The translations under genes were made by a program, and so were the position numbers. A stretch of 64,000 bases of DNA, from contig NC_090388.1 in NCBI RefSeq assembly GCF_036365525.1, positions 38,323,062-38,387,061 on the forward strand, in the 5' to 3' direction. Every line of letters begins with the position of its first letter. The stretch's first letter is position 1. This DNA is from Heterodontus francisci (Eukaryota). Shown piece after piece: positions 59,270-64,000 of this stretch. A model generated the notes under the pieces. The model was not told the origin of the DNA and ran no database searches. It saw nothing but the letters and a program-made list of their open reading frames with translations.

Positions 59270-60240
59270 GATGACCATAAAACAGGAATAGGCCATTCAT
59301 CCCTTCAAGCCCGTTCTGCAATTGAATTAGATCAGTGCTGATTTGTACCGCAGCTACATTTACCCGTCTTTATTCCATATCCCTTGATACCTTCAAAAGC
59401 AGGGATGTAATGCTGGAACTGTATAAAACGCTGGTTAGGCCACAGTTGGAGTATTGTTTACAGTTCTGGTCACCACATTACAGAAAGGACATAATTGCTC
59501 TGGAGAGAGTACAGAGGAGATTTAGAAGAATGTTGCCAGGGCTTGAAAGTTCCAGCTATGAGGAAAGATTGGATAGGCTAGGGTTGTTTTCCTTAGAACA
59601 GAGGAGACTGAGGGGTGACTTAATAGAGGTGTACAAAATTATGAGGGGCCTAGATAGAGTAGACAGGAAGGACCTGTTTCTCCTACCGGAGAGGTTAATT
59701 ACCAGGGGGCACAGACTTAAGGCGATCAATAGAAGGATTAGAGGGGACATGAGGAAACGCTTTTTCACCCAAAGGGTGGTGGATGTCTGGAATTCACTGC
59801 CGGGAACAGTGGTGGAGGCAGAAACCCTCAATTCTTTTAAAAGGTACCTGGACATGCACCTGAAGTGCTGTAACTGGCAAGGCTATGGAGCAGGTGCTGG
59901 AAGGTGGGATTAGATTGGGTGGCCAGTTTTTTTGGCCAGCACGGACACGACGGGCTGAATGGCCTCCTTCTGTGCTGTAATTCTTCTATGGTTCTACCCT
60001 TTCCAAATAAAACATCTATCAATCTATGTCTTTAAACTTTACACTAACACAACTTTCAGGGGAACATACCAGTTTTCCACTACCCTTTGTGTGTAAAACT
60101 GCTTCCTGAATCTTTTTCTAATTGGGCTAGCTCTATTTTTAGATTACACCCCTTGTTCTGGATCCACCCATTAGTGGAAATAGTTTCTCTGTATCTACTT
60201 TACTGAACCCTTCATCATTTTAAAGACCTAAATCTACCCT
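59270..60240. mobile_element. Older antisense CR1 3' end (59270-59393 and 59996-60240) split by a younger sense CR1 (59394-59995)
   Basis: Sense frame KSRDVMLELYKTLVRPQLEYC.. ends in a ttctatgg tail; the flanks join into an antisense CR1 3'UTR. Confidence 0.85.
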
Positions 60241-60617
60241 AACATGAACTCTCTACCCAATCCAACCCTCTCCTGAGGAAAGGTTCTACAAGATAGGTCA
60301 AACAGTTCTGAGATCTCATCTTTATTAAAACAAATAGCAAAGGAGTGTTTGAAGAATTTTATTGTCTAAGATGAAACAGGTTTGACTACATGTGTAATCT
60401 AAACAATGGAATAATAGTTCAATTTATAGATGACTCAGAGGTTTTATCTCTTATGAAATACAAATGGCAGTTTTTCTAGGACACAAAGGTTTTCTCTCAT
60501 TAAATTTCTATTATGGGAGCATACTAATATACTCCTGCAAAGATTTTTTATATTTTATGCCTCAGTGGGAAAAAAGGTCAGTTTAGCTAAACAAACTAAG
60601 TTTCAATATAAACTTAC

Positions 60618-60733
60618 CTCACTTGAGAATGAACATCTGGGGATGGGCCTCCTTAAACAATCCTGGAACTTGCTCCGATCAGATGCAAGACCAACATTCT
60701 GCTCTCCATCGTAGTAAATGCTCCTCTGATTCA
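60618..60733 (-). CDS. Candidate internal exon of an unidentified host gene
   Basis: Acceptor cttcttgtatcAG and donor GAG/GTAAGT; 116 nt; open frame NQRSIYYDGEQNVGLASDRSKFQDCLRRPIPRCSFSSE. Confidence 0.4.
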
Positions 60734-61989
60734 CTGATACAAGAAGCATATAGTAAAATCTGACATTTCAGCTTTGAAAGCTGTGAAGTATCAATGTTAT
60801 AACTTTGATTGAAGATTGGATGACCGAAAGAGCAAGATCGCAAGAAGAAATCAATATAGCATTAGTGTAGTTCTTTCAACAACTGTTTGAATCTGGGTTT
60901 AATGTCTTGGGAAAGAAATAGAGAAATGTTTAACTGGACCTTCACACTTCATATTGAGAAGGCTAACAAAAAGAATCTGTATTTACCAATTGCAGATCAG
61001 TAGTTCACTGAAACCAATTGGATTATGCAGGTGGATAAGATCCTTTGCCAAGATGTCTTTCCAATCATGCAATTCTATAAAATGTCTATTGCTTTAAATA
61101 CAACCAAGTTAACATTTGGGTTGAAATCATACTGTGGATATTAGTGCAGAACATCTTAACACATTACATGAGAATAAACAAAGGTATTTAATTTAAACCT
61201 TCCATAATATGGGGTTTGTAGTGGTCCCTCATGATTGCAGCTCTGCTCAAAAGAGAACTAATATGGCATTGCAATCTTTTAAACTTAATTGGAATAGCTC
61301 AGGTGGTATAAATGAGACACTCAACAGATCTTAGTTACTTACCAAAAACTAAACTGGATGGCTTAGCTTATTGGAGTACAAACATTTTGAACCATGGGAT
61401 TCTGGTATGCTGATTTATAAAAGTGATTTGAATCCCTTATTTCAGCCACATCTTCATGGGGAAGGACCAAGAGGAGGCAAAGTACTCCCCATAGGATGGT
61501 TATGAAAGACCACCTGCAAGCTAAGAGATTTTAAGTCCCAGTAACCCAGGCATTCCTTGCACTGTACACTCCTTCCTGTGCCCATAAAGGAATCCGTATG
61601 ATTTTCCATCGATTTAATTTAATGGATGGAACATGAGGTGAGTTCCATTCAGAGCATCCAGTCCTCTTCACCTGATTTTCTTATATTCATTGTGCCCAGG
61701 TGGTCCAATAATCTTAGATGCAGGAACAGGGGAATCTTCTCCAATATGTTATAATTTGAACCTGGATACTTGACAGTGATCATTAGAATAATTTCCTGAC
61801 TATGAAAGGCCAGCTGCAAGCTCAGAAAATGCAACTTGTTAGCTGTCATCAGACTGATTACTAAGAGCTTACCATGATCTTAGTTTCAGTTATACCAAAA
61901 ACCTGGAGTCAAGTTTATAACATTAAAAGAGCTCAATTCAAAAACCTAAGGGAAGGATGAAAACAAATAGATCGGAGCAGCATGTTTGT

Positions 61990-62600
61990 CAACATAAAAC
62001 AGTAGTTTGTTTGAGGATGTTTAGAAAAATTGCGGAAGAAAATTGGAAAACCTTTCAATAATACATGCTCAAGATCAAAAGCTAAGACTAAACAAGCTTG
62101 AAAATAAATAGATTAACAAGCAAGTTAAAGTGTGATATAAAAAGGAAAATCTTCCTCTACAAATATTGTAAGGGAAAAGGTTTCCTTAGGACAAAAACTG
62201 GGACATGCAGAAACAGCCAAAAGGTTGATTAGAGGAGCAAAGAGATTTAGAAAAAGGCATATCTGTACACCCAAAATGTAACAGTAAACATTCTTAATAC
62301 TACAACAAGAGGGCTGGGTGAGAAATGAGAAAATTAAAAGATGCAAAAGGGCTTGAAATTAAGGTTGAGCTGAAAATTATAAATATTCAGAATGATTTCC
62401 TCAAAATATTTACAAAAACATCATCAAAGCTTAATTCAGGATTTTGCTGTAAAGGGGTCAGAAATCCGAGTCAAGCTAAAATGGTGTAAAGCAAACAAAT
62501 CTCCAGGGTTGGATGGTACTTATCCCAGAGTGTTAACAGACATGAGCGGGGAGATTTGTGAGACATTAACAATCTTTCTAAGGGGGTCAACAGACATTCT
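61990..62600 (+). mobile_element. Highly decayed CR1 fragment
   Basis: NKSPGLDGTYPRVL motif. Confidence 0.6.
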
Positions 62601-62629
62601 CTCTCACTCTATGTAGCATCCTCATTGTC

Positions 62630-64000
62630 TAAGACCGACGAGAGGGGAGGCTATGTTGGATTTGGTGCTTGGCAACGAACCAGGCCAGATGGCAGATCTC
62701 TCGGTGGGAGAGCATTTCGGTGATAGTGATCACAACTCCCTGACCTTGACTATAGTCATGGAGAGGGACAGGAGCAGACGGGATGGGAAAATATTTAATT
62801 GGGGGAGGGGAAATTACAATGCTATTAGGCAGGAACTGGGGAGCATAAATTGGGAACAGATGTTCTCCGGGAAATGCATGACAGAAATGTGGAGGTTGTT
62901 TAGGGAGCACTTGCTGCGTTTGCTGGATAGGTTTGTCCCGATGAGGCAAGGAAGGGATGGTAGGGTGAAGGAACCTTGGATGACAAGAGATGTGGAACAG
63001 CTAGTCAAGAGGAAGAAGGAAGCTTACTTAAGGTTGAGGAAGCAAGGATCAGACAGGGCTCCAGAGAGTTACAAGGTAGCCAGGAAGGAACTGAAGAATG
63101 GACTTAGGAGAGCTAGAAGGGGACATGAAAAAGTCTTGGCGGGTAGGATTAAGGAAAATCCCAAGGCGTTCTACACTTATGTGAGGAACAAGAGGATGGC
63201 CAGAGTGAGGGTAGGGCCGATCAGGGATAGTGGAGGGAACTTGTGCCTGGAGTCGGAGGAGGTAGGGGAGCTCCTAAATGAATACTTTGCTTCAGTATTC
63301 ACTAGTGAGAGGGACCTGGTCGTTTGTGAGGACAGCATGAAACAGGCTCGAACAGGTTGATGTTAAGAGGGAGGATGTGCTGGAAATTTTGAAAGACATG
63401 AGGACAGATAAGTTCCCGGGGCCAGACGGGATATACCCAAGGATATTACGGGAAGCGAGGGAAGAGATTGCCGCGCCTTTGGCAATGATCTTTGCGTCCT
63501 CACTGTCCACTGGAGTAGTACCAGATGATTGGAGGGTGGCAAATATTATTCCCTTGTTCAAGAAAGGGAATAGGGATAACCCTGGGAATTATAGACCAGT
63601 CAGTCCTACGTCGGTAGTGGGCAAATTATTGGAGAGGATTCTGAGAGACAGGATTTATGATTATTTGGAAAAGCATAGTTTGATTAGAGACAGTCAGCAT
63701 GGCTTTGTGAGGGGCAGGTCATGCCTCACAAGCCTTATTGAATTCTTTGAAGATGTGACAAAACACATTGATGAAGGAAGAGCAGTGGATGTGGTGTATA
63801 TGGATTTTAGCAAGGCGTTTGATAAGGTTCCCCATGGTAGGCTCATTCAGAAAGTAAGGAGGCATGGGATACAGGGAAAGTTGGCTGTCTGGATACAGAA
63901 TTAGCTGGCCCATAGAAGACAGAGGGTGGTAGTAGATGGAAAGTATTCAGCCTGGAGCTCGGTGACCAGTGGTGTTCCGCAGGGATCTGTTCTGGGACCT
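62630..64000 (+). mobile_element. Young CR1 LINE ORF2 (end of EN, linker, start of RT), continuing beyond the window
   Basis: LDLVL..SDHN, GPDGIYPR, NYRPVS, QHGF and DFSKAFD. Confidence 0.95.

Noticed and set aside
1-64000. CRISPR arrays, rRNA, genuine tRNA genes
   Set aside because: None seen; the tRNA-like boxes belong to SINE heads.

Overview
Repeat-dense vertebrate genomic DNA, almost certainly from a cartilaginous fish (HE1-type V-SINEs, Deu-domain SINEs, HER1/CR1, L2, RTE, Penelope, Gypsy/Gmr1 LTR and Harbinger elements, many nested). No intact host gene is present; there is one candidate minus-strand exon. The main observation is in the unannotated AT-rich DNA between transposons from about 1.3 kb to 38.1 kb. 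With the insertions removed, it reads on the + strand as a collinear, heavily decayed, multi-gene fossil of a Pneumoviridae-like negative-strand RNA virus. The order is possible M remnant, F, M2-1, a gene-end/gene-start junction with an SH-like gene, and a near full-length L polymerase (start about 21454, stop 38044). That is roughly 9 kb of virus-derived DNA in a metapneumovirus-like order. The viral calls come from by-eye translation across stops and frameshifts, compared with RSV/hMPV proteins as I recall them; no database search was run. Coordinates marked approximate are estimates.
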